From: an uncultured delta proteobacterium
Lineage (GTDB): Bacteria; Desulfobacterota; Desulfomonilia; Desulfomonilales; Desulfomonilaceae
Assembly: GCA_963789265.1 (NCBI GenBank)
Contig: CAWBKB010000001.1
Span: 1,984,001-2,048,000 of the forward strand
Direction of reading: 5' to 3'
DNA length: 64,000 nt
Position numbers and translations under genes: made by a program. Of the stretch, positions 30,742 through 45,859 are shown one piece after another. A model generated the notes under the pieces. It made no database searches. It saw nothing but the letters and a program-made list of their open reading frames with translations, and was not told the DNA's origin. Each line of letters begins with the position of its first letter. Positions within the stretch are counted from its first letter, which is position 1.

Positions 30742-30770
30742 CGCCGTTCCCCTTCGGTCATGGCGGGCCG

Positions 30771-31478
30771 TTATGTCTTGCGGCCGGAAGCAGTGCGGAT
30801 GAGGTCAAGGAAGTTTACATAAACAGCTTGAGCATTGCGTTCCAGGTCGTTCCGGATTTCACGAAAACGGTCCATCACATCCGATATTTTAACCTCTCGA
30901 GAGTCTCCGAACCAGTCCGAGAGGATCTGTTCAGTCACCTCCAGATGGAACTGGAGACCGAGCGCGTTTCTGTAGCGGAAAGCCTGGTGAGGGCAATCCG
31001 TGGAGGCTGCAAGCAGGATCCCGTCCGCGGGGACGTGGAACATGTCTCCATGCCACTGCAGCACTTCCAATGAGGCGGGAAGGCCTTTTAGCATGGGGTC
31101 CTTCTTGCCGCGGTCCGTGAGTGTCACACGGCCCCACCCTACCTCCTTTTTGGGCGACTTCGTCACAGGAGCGCGGGCAGCTTTTGCGATCATCTGGGCG
31201 CCAAGACATATTCCCAGCGTGGGAATGTCCGCTTCGACAGTCTGCTGGAGAAACGCCGTCTCCTCACTGAGGAACGGGTACCGATCCTCCTCATAGACAT
31301 TCATGGGGCCGCCCATGGAAATTACAGCATCAAATCCGCTGAGATCCTGATGAAGACGATCCCCCGCATAAAGGCGGACCGTACGAGTTTCGGCTCCTGC
31401 CGACTCCAAAAAAGCGCCAAGAGACCCGGGACCCTCTGATTCAACGTGTACGATCACGATTATCTTCATTGCCGTCAT
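30771..31478 (-). CDS. Class I glutamine amidotransferase (GMP synthase GATase-like)
   Basis: MGGPMNVYE, LGICLGAQ, WHGD, LQFHLE. Confidence 0.9.
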   Translation of the reverse strand: MTAMKIIVIVHVESEGPGSLGAFLESAGAETRTVRLYAGDRLHQDLSGFDAVISMGGPMNVYEEDRYPFLSEETAFLQQTVEADIPTLGICLGAQMIAKAARAPVTKSPKKEVGWGRVTLTDRGKKDPMLKGLPASLEVLQWHGDMFHVPADGILLAASTDCPHQAFRYRNALGLQFHLEVTEQILSDWFGDSREVKISDVMDRFREIRNDLERNAQAVYVNFLDLIRTASGRKT

Positions 31479-33185
31479 TCCTTAATCTGATAATTAATAT
31501 AACGATTAGTGATGGGCAAGCGCCTGTCCTTGCCAAAGGCTTTGGGAGTAATCTTAATGCCGGGGGGAGCCTGGCGACGCTTGTATTCGTTTCTATCCAC
31601 CAGGCGCACCACATCTTTCACAGTATCGGGATCAAAGCCCTCGATCTCACCAGGGGTCTTGTCTTCTTCCACGTAGGCACGGAGGATCGGATCGAGAACA
31701 GCGTACGGTGGAAGGGAATCCTCGTCCTTCTGATCCGCCCTAAGCTCCGCTGAAGGCGCCCGCTCGATGATACCCTGCGGTATAAGGTTTCTCCCGGATT
31801 TCTCGTTTATATAGTTGCTAAGTTCGTACACGACCGTCTTGGGAACATCTTTCAGCACAGCAAAACCGCCGGCCATGTCGCCGTAGAGAGTACAATAGCC
31901 TACGGCGGTTTCACTCTTGTTTCCCGTGGTCAGGACCAACCAGCCGAACCTGTTTGAGAGCCCCATGAGAATGTTCCCTCGGATACGGGCCTGGAGATTC
32001 TCGATTTCAACTCCAGGATCACCTTTCCCAAAGGGCTGCTCCAGAGCAGTCAAATATCCTTGAAATATTTCGTTGATGGGGACGGAAATTAGTTCCACTT
32101 CAAGGTTTTCGGCCAATGCTTGTGCGTCAGAAAGGGTTCCATCCGAGGTGAATTGCGAGGGCATGGTAACCCCAACCACGTGCTCCTTACCCAGGGCTTG
32201 CACTGCGATGGCCGCGGTCAAGGCCGAATCGATGCCGCCGCTGAGCCCTATGACCACCTTCTCGAAATCGTTCTTGTGCACGTAGTCTTTGGTCCCCAGG
32301 ACAAGGGCCTCATAAATCTCTTTTACCTTATCAAGTGGCGGAACAGTAGTCGGGGGCACATATCCACGGTCCGGAGAGCTCTCCTCCTGTTTCAGCGCCA
32401 CCACCGGTTCGACAAGGTTCCAAACTCGCCGGTGCCCGAACATTCCATCAATCTTGAGATCCGTTACCAACAGGTCTTCTTCGAAACGGCGGGCACTGGC
32501 TATGAGTTCGCCGGTGGGACCAACAACCATGCTTCCGCCGTCAAAAATCAACTCGTCTTGGCCTCCGACCATGTTGTTGTAGAATACCGTGGTTCTGGGT
32601 AGTCGTTGCAAAGCGGCTCACGATCTCGCGGCGCACGTCGAGTTTGCCGGCGAAGTAGGGGGAACCGGATATATTCAGCACAATGTCGGCTCCATTCTTC
32701 ATGGCGCACATTTCCGTCACAGAGCCGGGAATCCAAATATCTTCACAAATTGTGACGGAAATCCTGCACCCGCGTATCTCGAAGACGAAGCAGCCCAATC
32801 CCGGGAAAAAGTATCGTTTCTCGTCAAAAACACCGTAATTAGGGAGTTCGATCTTGCAGTAGATTCCGAGGACGCGCGAATTGCCCAGCAGAGCCGCGGC
32901 ATTGTAAACTCTCCCATCTCGAGCGTGCGCAAAGCCTACCAGAACGGCTGTGTCGCGGCAGTGCTCCTTTAGCTGTTCCAACGCCTCCCGATTGCTGCCG
33001 AGAAACCGCCGTTTCATCAGCAGATCTTCGGGTGGATAGCCGCAGAGAGCCAGCTCGGGAAAGGTAACAATGTCCGCGGCCGCCTCTTCGGCTTGCTCGA
33101 TCCACTGCACGATCTTGCCGACGTTACCCTCGAAATCGCCCACTGTGGGGTTTATCTGCGCCTGCGCTATCCTTAATAGGTTCAT
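31475..33185 (-). CDS. nadE: Glutamine-dependent NAD+ synthetase, split by a +1 frameshift near 32600
   Basis: Nitrilase domain (FPELALCGYPPED, KIELPNYGVFDEKRYF, ICEDIW) plus synthetase domain (GLSGGIDS, ENLQARIR, TGNKSE, TLYGD, EYKRRQ). Confidence 0.93.
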
Positions 33186-33250
33186 CTCACTTCACTCCGC
33201 AAGAATTACCCCTTAAGTATAGACCATTATCCCTGTAAGAAAGGTTTCTC

Positions 33251-33289
33251 AAAATTAAATGACCCCCGGCAAAGCCGAAGGTCATTTAA
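33251..33289 (-). terminator. Intrinsic terminator after glnA
   Basis: TTAAATGACC...GGTCATTTAA stem followed by TTTT on the minus strand. Confidence 0.65.
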
Positions 33290-33320
33290 CTAGATCGTCA
33301 TTCAAGCCCCCGTATGAGGC

Positions 33321-34732
33321 TCAAATATCAAAGTAGAGAGCGAACTCATAAGGATGAGGTCTCATCCGTATAGGGTTCAACTCGGCATTGGTCTTGTAAT
33401 CAATCCACATATCAATGGCATCCTGCGTGAAGACATCTCCCTTTAGCAAGAATTCCTGATCGGTCTCAAGGGCCTTCAGCGCCTCCCCCAGACTGCCGGG
33501 AGTAGAAGGGACACTCTTCAACTCTTCGGGAGAAAGAGCGTAAATATCTTTGTCCAAAGGCTCACCAGGATCCATCTTGTTTTCGATGCCGTCAAGGGCA
33601 GCCATCAGTACGGCGCTGAAAGCCAAATAGCCGTTGCAGGATGGGTCAGGGGTTCGGTACTCGATGCGTTTAGTCTTGGGAGATGGACTGTACATCGGGA
33701 TACGGCAGCACGCAGATCGGTTTCGTGAAGAATACGCCAGGTTCACAGGCGCTTCGAAGCCGGGCACCAGCCTCTTGTATGAATTTGTCGTGGGGTTGCA
33801 GATCCCGCACAGTGCAGGCGCATGCTTTAATATGCCGCCTATGGCCCACAGGCATTCCTGAGACACTCCGGCATACTTGTCGCCTGCAAACAGGTTCGTT
33901 CCACCTTTCCAGATACTCGTATGTGTGTGCATGCCCGACCCGTTGTCTTCGAACAGGGGCTTGGGCATGAAGGTCACAGTCTTGCAATGGCGTTTTGCCA
34001 CATTCTTGAGGACGTACTTGAACCACATGAGTTGGTCGCCCATCTGCACCAGCGGCGCAAACCTCATGTCAATTTCACCTTGGCCCGCGGTGGCAACCTC
34101 ATGATGTTGGGCCTCGATGCTTATGCCCAGGCTTTCCAAAATCAGCACCATCTCGGTTCGGATGTCCTGTTGAGAATCAGTGGGAGAGACAGGAAAATAC
34201 CCTTCCTTATGTCGAGGCTTATACCCCAGGTTCGGATTCTCATCTCGGCCCGTATTCCACCAGCCTTCAACAGAATCGACTTCGTGGAAGCCGTGATTAG
34301 AGCCATAGCTATAGCGCACGTCGTCAAAAATAAAGAATTCCGCTTCCGGCCCGAAGTAGGCCGTGTCGCCGACCTTTGTATATTTGAGGTACGCTTCGGC
34401 TTTGTAAGCGATGTTGCGCGGGTCTCTCGTGTAACGCTCTTTGGTGACCGGATCCACGATGTTGCAGATCAGTGAAAGAGTCGGATGCTGCATGAATGGA
34501 TCCATCACAGCCGTATTTGGATCGGGAATAACTAACATGTCGGAAGCGTGAATGGGCTGCCATCCCCGTATGGATGACCCGTCAAATCCGAATCCGGATT
34601 CGAATGAGTCCTCCTCAAGCTCGTGCATCGGCACGCTGAAGTGCTGCCACATGCCGGGAAAATCCATAAACTTGAGGTCCAGCATCACTGCTTTGTTCTC
34701 TTTGGCGAACTCGATTACCTGCTTGGCTCCAT
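33321..34732 (-). CDS. glnA: Glutamine synthetase type I; 1-nt deletion near codon 3
   Basis: [47 protein letters not shown] adenylylation Tyr. AAGGAG RBS and ATG at 34732 ([13 protein letters not shown]) sit one base out of frame. Confidence 0.96.
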
Positions 34733-34873
34733 GCCTTACTCCTTTTGCATAAACGTTTTATTTCCCGGTCCTCGCATATCGGGACCTGTGTCGAACTCGC
34801 GGGAATATCTGTGACAATTTCCAGCATCTGTTCCGGACAGAACGTTTTGCCGCCACGCCGACTCCATCATGCT

Positions 34874-36480
<1,607 letters not shown>

Positions 36481-36603
36481 TTTTGTAATCCCTCCCTAAA
36501 GCTGTGTGGTGTGGTCCCGCGTACCGCCGGGCCGGCTGTGGCTTCTGCGTGCTCCCGGAGGTATTCCGGCATCTGCACGCACCTCCACGGTCGTGCCGAT
36601 GGC

Positions 36604-36619
36604 AGCAATCAGCGTGCCA
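36604..36619 (-). promoter_or_regulatory. sigma54 -24/-12 promoter of amt1-PII-glnA
   Basis: TGGCAC-GCTGA-TTGCT, a full consensus match. Confidence 0.85.
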
Positions 36620-36729
36620 CAACTGACAGCAGGGAGGAATATGAATATAGGGTACTGATATAACAGTACTCTTCCGGGCACGGCAGAGGCTTTCCTCTGT
36701 TGCCGGAGCCAAGAATTAGTACCCTAACG

Positions 36730-36762
36730 TACTATTTTGTAATCAAAAACTACCTCTATGTA
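36730..36762. promoter_or_regulatory. Paired TAC-N6-GTA enhancer candidates
   Basis: TACTATTTTGTA (36730-41) and TACCTCTATGTA (36751-62). Confidence 0.7.
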
Positions 36763-37049
36763 GGAACCATGTATCCCAAGGCATTCCACGGATCAGGAAT
36801 GCCGGTGATTGGTTCCGCGCATATCGTTTGATTCACCTCCTAGAATCTATCCGACGTCCTTTCGCTCTTTTAATCCGATTCGCTATAGCGCCCTCTGAAG
36901 CACAAGCCGGGGCCACTCACAATTGACGCTATAGCGGATTCTCGAAAGTAATGACGAATTGGACATGGACGTCCCGCCGAGGCGAAACCGGCCAGTCCGG
37001 CAGAGCGGCTCCATTCCGCACGAACTCTTGTGAGAATCTCTATCATATC

Positions 37050-38688
<1,639 letters not shown>

Positions 38689-38825
38689 TTTTGCAACCTC
38701 TCCGAGGATGCGTCTGTTCGGGCCCGTAGCTTGCCGGCTCTTAGCTCGTAACCAGTGAGCGCACCCTGTCTCGTATGGCAGTCATAGCCACCGTACAAAC
38801 GGCGGCACCGATTCGTCGTGCGATA

Positions 38826-38841
38826 TGCAATCGGGATGCCA
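38826..38841 (-). promoter_or_regulatory. sigma54 promoter of amt2-PII
   Basis: TGGCAT-CCCGA-TTGCA. Confidence 0.85.
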
Positions 38842-38944
38842 GAAGGAGCCAGGGTCATCTTTAACAAGCCTAACTCGCTGACTTGACAGCGGATATCCCT
38901 TACGTGTGAAAAGCGCAGTTTCTCGTGTTATAAGTGACTAATCG

Positions 38945-38986
38945 TACGTCAAGGTACCTTTAGCTCTAATGTGTTACCCGGCCGTA
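38945..38986. promoter_or_regulatory. Paired TAC-N6-GTA enhancer candidates
   Basis: (G)TACGTCAAGGTA(C) at 38945-56 and TACCCGGCCGTA at 38975-86. Confidence 0.75.
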
Positions 38987-39460
38987 CGAAGCCGCTTAGC
39001 GTAGACCACGAATTCTTGTACCAGTAACCTACTGATTCTTTCCAAGATTCCCAGCTTTTGCGCCGTCTTGGTCCGGTCTTTAGAGCTGCGCGCGTTCGCA
39101 AGCTCGGCAGCATTTCGGCTGAAGCGTCACAGTGCGTCCCGTCAGACCAACCCGGGCGCCGGCACTAATCGCCACCGACAAAAACGCATCCAACCTGCCC
39201 GCATAATGCTTGCACACTCGCTCCCATGCTGCGTGACGCCCCTTGACGTTGCTGACGCATAGAATTAGTACAGTGCTGTACGATTCTGAAATAAAAAGGT
39301 ACTTCCCGGTAGGAACTCTCTCCTGGTATTCCGTTGATTGGACGGCTCCTTGAGGTTGGTTCCCTTCGTCTCACTTGTTGTCGGTTACATTGGCCATTCC
39401 CCTTTTTCCAGGTTTCTGTTGGAGCGGGCACATCATTCTGAGCCTACACCCCGATACGGG

Positions 39461-39710
39461 CATAGGCGTAAAAATAAGCTTCAGGTCCTCTTCGTCCCGG
39501 AGGGACATCCTGATAATAGCCCGGCGATTTATCGCCGGGAATGAACCGCCAAGAGACTTTTCTTCGTCCCCGAGGGGCGCCCCTCGGGGACGAAGATTGA
39601 ATCATTGCTTATCGTCTACCCGGCAATCCCGCGTTCTGCGCGAGACCGGGCTACTATCATTGAGTCCCTACAGGGCTCACAGAGCGCAGCTCGTTATTTT
39701 AACGCCTGTG
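39461..39710. mobile_element. MITE-like element, CATAGGCG TIR family, third copy
   Basis: CATAGGCGTAAAAATAA ... TTATTTTAACGCCTGTG. Cargo includes CCCGGCGATTTATCGCCGGG and GTCCC..GGGAC hairpins. Confidence 0.65.
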
Positions 39711-39720
39711 CGGGTACGGC

Positions 39721-40089
<369 letters not shown>

Positions 40090-40270
40090 TCATTCATGTT
40101 TGTTAGATCCTGCCCGGGCGGTGGCTTCCAGACGTACAGATCGCAGTGCTTTCCACAGCTGTATCGGATTGGCTCCCTCGACCCGGCCATGCACCAGGAT
40201 CGGGATAGCACGTGAAACTCGATGATCGCGATACTTTGTCCCGGGCGATCCACACCTACCATGCTCGGTT

Positions 40271-41985
40271 CTACCCAACGAACACGTCCTTGGCTTCGGG
40301 GTAAGCAGGCATACCGAACTCGGGGACGTCGAGACCTTCCACCTCAACCTCTTTCGGGACGCGCAGTGGGACGATACGATTTACGATTTTGAACACCACG
40401 TAAGTGAGACCGAACGCGTAAAGAGCAATGAGCGTGGCTCCGCCGAGCTGCGTAAAGAACTGGGTCACATCCCCATGAAGTAGGCCGGTAACACCTTGGC
40501 CGGCTTTACCGACGTAAGTCGTCGCTCCCACGCCGTTCCAGCCGGACCCGTAGGTGCCGTCTGCAAAAATACCAAGAGCAACCGCGCCCCACCAGCCGTT
40601 ATATCCGTGCACGGAGATGGCTCCGCAGGGGTCATCAACTTTGATTGTCCGCTCATTAAAGAGAAACCCCCAGGCAAACGATGATGCCGGCAACTATACC
40701 GATGATGACCGCGGAGTTTGGTGAAACAAACGCACAGGGCGCAGTGATTGCAACGAGGCCGGCCAGCATGCCGTTGCACGCCATTGAGATATCCGGTTTG
40801 CCGAAAAGGAAGTACCAGAAGATCAGTGCCGTAGCCGAAGCCGAGACCGCGGCGAGATTTGTGTTCACCGCTATCACGGCGATGCGCAGGTCCGTCGCAC
40901 CAAGGGTGGAACCGGGGTTAAACCCCATCCAGCCGAATAGAAGAATGAAAGTGCCGATCACGACGAAGGCAATGTTGTGAGCTGGAAAGGGCCGTGGCTT
41001 GCCGTCCGGGCCGTACTTGCCGAGGCGAGGGCCGAGGATGACCGCGAGGGCCATCGCGGCGAAACCGCCTACCGCGTGAACAACGGTCGAGCCCGCGAAA
41101 TCCACGTACCCGTGAGCCAATCCCAAGGTGGCGCCCAATTGCGAGAGCCAGCCACCACCCCAGGCCCAGCAACCGGACATTGGATAAAGGATGCCGCCCA
41201 TGAAGATTTCCGTCAGAAACGAATGCCCAAAAAGTGATTCGCTCGCAGATGGCTCCCACGATGATGTACCCTGCGGTCTCCATGAACACGACCTCGAATA
41301 GAGTCAGACAGTTACTCCCGGCGTCGTAGGCCGGACCGCCCAGGAAGAAGCCGCTGCCTCCCAGAAATCCCCACTGGCCGCCTCCTATGAGAAAGTGGGT
41401 CAGAGTTGGGGTCCCTCCGATATTTGTCGGTGCGGCATTGATTGCAACGGCGCCGTACTGGAAGGCGTAGCCACAGACATAGTATGCCAAGAACGCGAAA
41501 ACGTACGCAGCGAAGTTGAGCATCATGAGATGCGCGGCGTTCTTCCTGCGCACCAAGCCGCACGTGAGTAAGGCGAAGCCCGCTTGCATGAAGAGAACCA
41601 GGTATCCTGTGATGAGAGTCCAACTAAAGTTGGCCCCAATCCGGTTGTGACCTACCGTATCCGCCAGCTTGACAGCCAGCGGCTCTTTAGCTGCCTGGGC
41701 CTTGTACTCCTCGAACTCCTTTAACTTTTGCGCATAGTCGGGCGCGGTCTTATCAGTGGGTTCGGTGACGACAAAAGAATTGCCGGCCCCATCAATGGCA
41801 TTTGACTTGTCGCCGGTGGCTATGCCCGCAGGATCGGGCTTCGGCACCGGAGCAGGCGTCGCCGTCGCTTGAGGGGCTCCTGCTGGAGGTGTGGCTTCCT
41901 CAGCAAGAACCGGACTCGTCATCAGCGTCCAGGCGACGAGTATTGAAACGGTCAGAAGTACGCATATAGTTTTTCTTTTAGCCAT
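40271..41985 (-). CDS. amt: Ammonium transporter (copy 3, divergent, long N-terminal extension); +1 frameshifts near 41217 and 40665
   Basis: FMQAGFALL, DFAGSTVVH, WMGFNPGS, NGMLAGLVAITA and DDPCGAISVHG spread over three ORFs. Confidence 0.9.
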
Positions 41986-42449
41986 TCTCTGCTTCTCCTC
42001 CTATGAAACTCCATCGTTTCTCAAGCCGGAAGTATTGGTCGCCTTCGGCTCGAAATCTCGGTTTTCAAACACGGTCTAACGTCTGAACCCAAAGTCAGGG
42101 GTCTTTGACCGGGTTTTCGCATTGTGATGCCCGCGATTTTTCCAAGCCGGTGACAATGGGCGTGCCGCAACGGATCTTTTCTGTGAAAGGCCCGTCTAGC
42201 ACGGCTCTCATGTCTGGAGTTCCGGCTTATCCTTCTCCACTTCTGCCGAACCCCGAGCCATCAACATCTCAGTTTCGCTGCTGCCCGTGCCCGAGCGTGC
42301 TTAGAAGGATTCATTATTCAAACCTCGCCCTGGCCGCGCTCACTCGAGCCCGTCGCCCGGCCCTCAGGTGCTGGCCTGTCAGAGCTCTATACGGTAAAGC
42401 GGTCGTACTTGTTGGTTCCCGAAGGTGGGCCAAAATTCACGGTGGGATG

Positions 42450-42465
42450 TGCAATCGGAATGCCA
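42450..42465 (-). promoter_or_regulatory. sigma54 promoter upstream of amt3
   Basis: TGGCAT-TCCGA-TTGCA. Confidence 0.82.
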
Positions 42466-42568
42466 GAACAGGCAAGAGCGGAGTTGTGTGTGCTTATATT
42501 GTTGACATAACGGGAGATATTGTGCACCGGCAACGAGGCACATTCCGGTGCTCATGATTAATTCATCA

Positions 42569-42610
42569 TACGTGAAGGTATCTTCAGCCACAATATATTA
42601 CGTTCGGGTA
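42569..42610. promoter_or_regulatory. Paired TAC-N6-GTA enhancer candidates
   Basis: TACGTGAAGGTA (42569-80) and TACGTTCGGGTA (42599-610; overlaps the activator's stop codon). Confidence 0.75.
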
Positions 42611-44162
42611 CGAAAACGCCGGGCATCGATCCCGAACCTCTGAACGCGTAACCCCATGATTCTTTCGGAAATTCCGAGCGCCCACGCGGCTTTTGCTCTG
42701 TTCCCCCGGCAAGCCTTCAGCGCGTCTACTATCAAGTCTCGTTCTACCCGCTCCAACGTCCCCTCCAGAGTCCCCGAGTGGGCTGTTCCGCTGGCCTCGG
42801 CCGTCTGGAGCGTCGGCGGAAGATGGTGCCCGCGTATTACCTGATCCGAACTCAGGAGAACGGCCCTTTCCAAGCAGTTCTCCAACTCTCGGACGTTTCC
42901 GGGCCAGTGGTAACTCATGAGCATGTCGATGGCAGGCGTTGAAATGCGTCGGATCACCTTGTTATTGGCCTTGCTGTACCTTCTCCACAAAAAAGTCGGC
43001 CAGGAGCGGTATGTCGGTCTTGCGTTCACGCAAGGGCGGAACATGAATTGGAAAAACGTCGAGCCGGTGGTCCAGATCCTGCCGGAATCGTCCTTCCGCG
43101 ATCAACAGCTCCAAGTTCCGATTTGTGGCGGTTATGATTCGGACATTGGTCTTAATGGTCGCTGTGCCGCCCACTCGCTCGAATTCTCTTTCCTGCAATA
43201 CCCTGAGAAACTTGATCTGGGTGGTTGGAGACAAGTCTCCGATTTCGTCGAGAAAGATTGTTCCCCCGTGCGCAAGCTCAAAACGCCCTTTGCCGCGTCG
43301 CTATGGCGCCGGTAAAAGCACCTTTTTCATGCCCGAAAAGCTCGCTTTCCACAACGCTTTCCGGCAGAGCCCCACAGTTGACCTTGATGAAAGGGTTTGC
43401 GGCCCGCAAACTGTTGAAGTGGATCGCGTGAGCCACAAGCTCTTTGCCTGTGCCGCTCTCTCCCCTGATCAGGACCGTGGTATCGCTCCTCGACACTTGA
43501 GCTATCAGGTCGTAAACGGTTTGCATGCCCTTCGAGTTGCCGATGATATTGGAGGGACGAAAGCGCTCCTTGAGCTGATCTTGGAGCCGCAGATTTTCCT
43601 CAAGCAGGCGATGCCGTTCCTCCTGAGCAGATCGCCTGAGACGGACTGCCTGAGCAATCATGGAAGCTATGATGGACAAAAGCCTCACATCTTCTTCGAA
43701 AGCTACCCCGTCCTCGAATAATCGGTCCGCGCTCAATGCCCCGATCACCTCGTTTTCGAGTTTGATGGGAACGCATATAAAGGAGATATCTGCCTTGCTG
43801 AGACCTTTTCGAGCGCCGGTGCGGTCGAGGAATAAAGGTTCTATGGAAATCTGAGGCACCACTGCGGGCCGGCCGGTCTTTATCACCTTCCCCGTAACGC
43901 CTTCTCCGGGCCTGTATTTTCCTCTTTCCATCTGGCTCTCAGACAGGCCGTGAGCGGCTTCAATAAATATTTCCCCGGTCTCCCGGTTTAGGAGAGTCAG
44001 GGTGCCGCGTACCATGCCCATGTTATCGGCCATGGATTCAAGCACAGGCCCTACCACGTCTCTGAGGTCCATGCTGCGATCCAGGCTCTGACTTACTTCA
44101 AAGAGAAGTAAAAGTTCCCGAACCTCTCTTTTAATTCTTGGTTGTTGCTGGCGAGTTGCCAT
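42598..44162 (-). CDS. GAF-AAA+-HTH sigma54 enhancer-binding protein (NifA/VnfA/AnfA family); +1 frameshifts near 43293 and 42979
   Basis: GAF ([15 protein letters not shown]), [52 protein letters not shown]. Confidence 0.9.
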
Positions 44163-44208
44163 TGTTTCTCCGCAATGTCACTTCATGGTTAGGGGTTCAA
44201 GCAAATCT

Positions 44209-44220
44209 TACGAAAATGTA
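44209..44220. promoter_or_regulatory. Single TAC-N6-GTA site upstream of the activator gene (possible autoregulation)
   Basis: TCT-TACGAAAATGTA-GGA extended palindrome, about 47 nt upstream of the ATG. Confidence 0.6.
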
Positions 44221-44482
44221 GGACGCTTGAATTCTATTGTCAAAGGTTGATTTACTTCGACACATAAAAAGTTCTAAGAAACGCTTTGATCTTGACTTGA
44301 GGCAGGCCGCTTTGCTTGATCTCCGGCAGCTCTTGGCGCATCATCGGCGGTCATGGAATTGCGCCGTTGATTGCACGTGTGTCCGCGTTTTGGTCCGCCT
44401 CCTGCGGGAACGCCAAGACGGTGTGCCTCGGACCTTCGTACTTCTTTTTCGCCAATACGGGACGTTAAGAGCCGTAAGGAAG

Positions 44483-44555
44483 GAGATTGCTTCGCTGCGC
44501 TCGCAATGACAGGGAGAGGGAATGTCATTGCGAGGAGTTAAACGACGAAGCAATC
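44483..44555. repeat. GTCATTGCGAG REP-like doublet, halves in swapped order
   Basis: GAGATTGCTTCG..CAATGACA followed by TGTCATTGCGAGG..GAAGCAATC. Confidence 0.8.
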
Positions 44556-44676
44556 CCCACGGTGATAATCCACGACCGTATTTATGAAAACCCGTATTTT
44601 GATCTGAGCTTCCCCTGAGGAACCTTTACCAAACGGCTCATACTAACTAATTAGCGTCTCCATTACGAAACATGGG

Positions 44677-45564
44677 TTGTTATTTGCCGGAGTTGATGAA
44701 GTGACCAACGGCAGGAGAGATGATATATTTGGCTTCATGGGTCCGACTCCGATAGGTCCGCGGATTATCCCTGGCTCTGCTCTTGTTGCAGGCGTGTTGG
44801 TCTTGTTTGCTCTAATTGGCGGAGCGCTGGTTGTCTACCATAAAATTGCAGCGGGATTGCCCGAAACCATCGATCTGAAATCATATCAACCCAAAGGCTC
44901 TTCGAAGTCTTACTCGGATGAAGGGTCTACTTCGGGCCGGTTTTATACGGAGCGACGATTCCCCGTAACTTTGGACGCCGTACCCAAACATGTTCAAGCG
45001 GCTTTCATCGCAGCGGAGGATGCTCGCTTCTACAGTCACCCCGGTGTGGATCCGGAAGGAATCTTACGAGCTTTCGTAAAAGACCTTTTGTCGTGGGATT
45101 TCGCTCAGGGGGGCAGCACCATTACCCAGCAATTAGCCCGAAGCATGTTGCTGACTAGGGAAAAGACCATCTCACGCAAGCTTCGGGAAATTATACTGGC
45201 CCTTCGCATAGAGCGATCCAACTCCAAATCTCAGATCCTGGAGACCTACCTCAATGAGGTCTATCTGGGCCGCGGCGCCTATGGAATCGAGGCCGCGGCT
45301 CACGCTTATTTCGGAAAAAAAACGGCTGACCTCACGATCGGTGAAGCGGCGTACCTAGCCGGACTCGTTCAAAATCCGGCCAAATATGCACCCAACCATG
45401 CGAACATGGCAGAAGCTCGCAGAAAATATGTGTTGGCTGCCATGCTGAAGATGAAAAGCATTTCCAAAGACCAATACAAGAAAGCTCTGCAGGAAAAGCC
45501 TGCCTTCGTGCTCCACGGGCCCGATCATGGGGTGGGGGACTCCAGTTGGCAGAAGAGATTCTGA
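44677..45564 (+). CDS. Peptidoglycan glycosyltransferase (GT51) domain-only protein
   Basis: TM anchor; EDARFYSHPG, GGSTITQQLAR, RKLRE, YLNEVYLG, GIEAAA; no transpeptidase domain. Start uncertain. Confidence 0.85.
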   Translation: MLFAGVDEVTNGRRDDIFGFMGPTPIGPRIIPGSALVAGVLVLFALIGGALVVYHKIAAGLPETIDLKSYQPKGSSKSYSDEGSTSGRFYTERRFPVTLDAVPKHVQAAFIAAEDARFYSHPGVDPEGILRAFVKDLLSWDFAQGGSTITQQLARSMLLTREKTISRKLREIILALRIERSNSKSQILETYLNEVYLGRGAYGIEAAAHAYFGKKTADLTIGEAAYLAGLVQNPAKYAPNHANMAEARRKYVLAAMLKMKSISKDQYKKALQEKPAFVLHGPDHGVGDSSWQKRF

Positions 45565-45859
45565 AGCGAAAGGCAATAACTCACCGCTGAGCACGCAGAG
45601 ATCGCGGAGAATTCTGTTTGCGCTGCCTGTCCACACGATGGAGCACGGCTAATTGGGGTCTGTCACAGTTAATGCCTTTCCAACTTGACTGTACTCACCC
45701 GTGATTGACGTGGCAATGAATTAGTCGTTTCATTTCTCTGCGTTCTCGGCGCATCCCACGTCTCGCGGGACGGTGATCCCACCGCGGAACGCGGGATTGA
45801 TTGCTCGAGGAACGGTTGCGCGAAATCAAAATGAACCCTTGACAGCAAAGGAGGGCTCT

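Noticed and set aside
36899..36915. Second sigma54-like site upstream of amt1 (TGGCCCCGGCTTGTGCT)
   Set aside because: GG-to-GC spacing is 11 rather than 10, and a perfect site exists at 36604-36619.
40900..40945. Loss of the Phe gate in amt3 (WMGFNPGS)
   Set aside because: The Phe directly before Asn (F215 equivalent) is retained; the Met replaces the preceding aromatic residue.
42598..44162. Calling the activator nifA and inferring nitrogen fixation
   Set aside because: No nif/vnf/anf structural genes are in the window, and the upstream sites are TAC-N6-GTA rather than TGT-N10-ACA.
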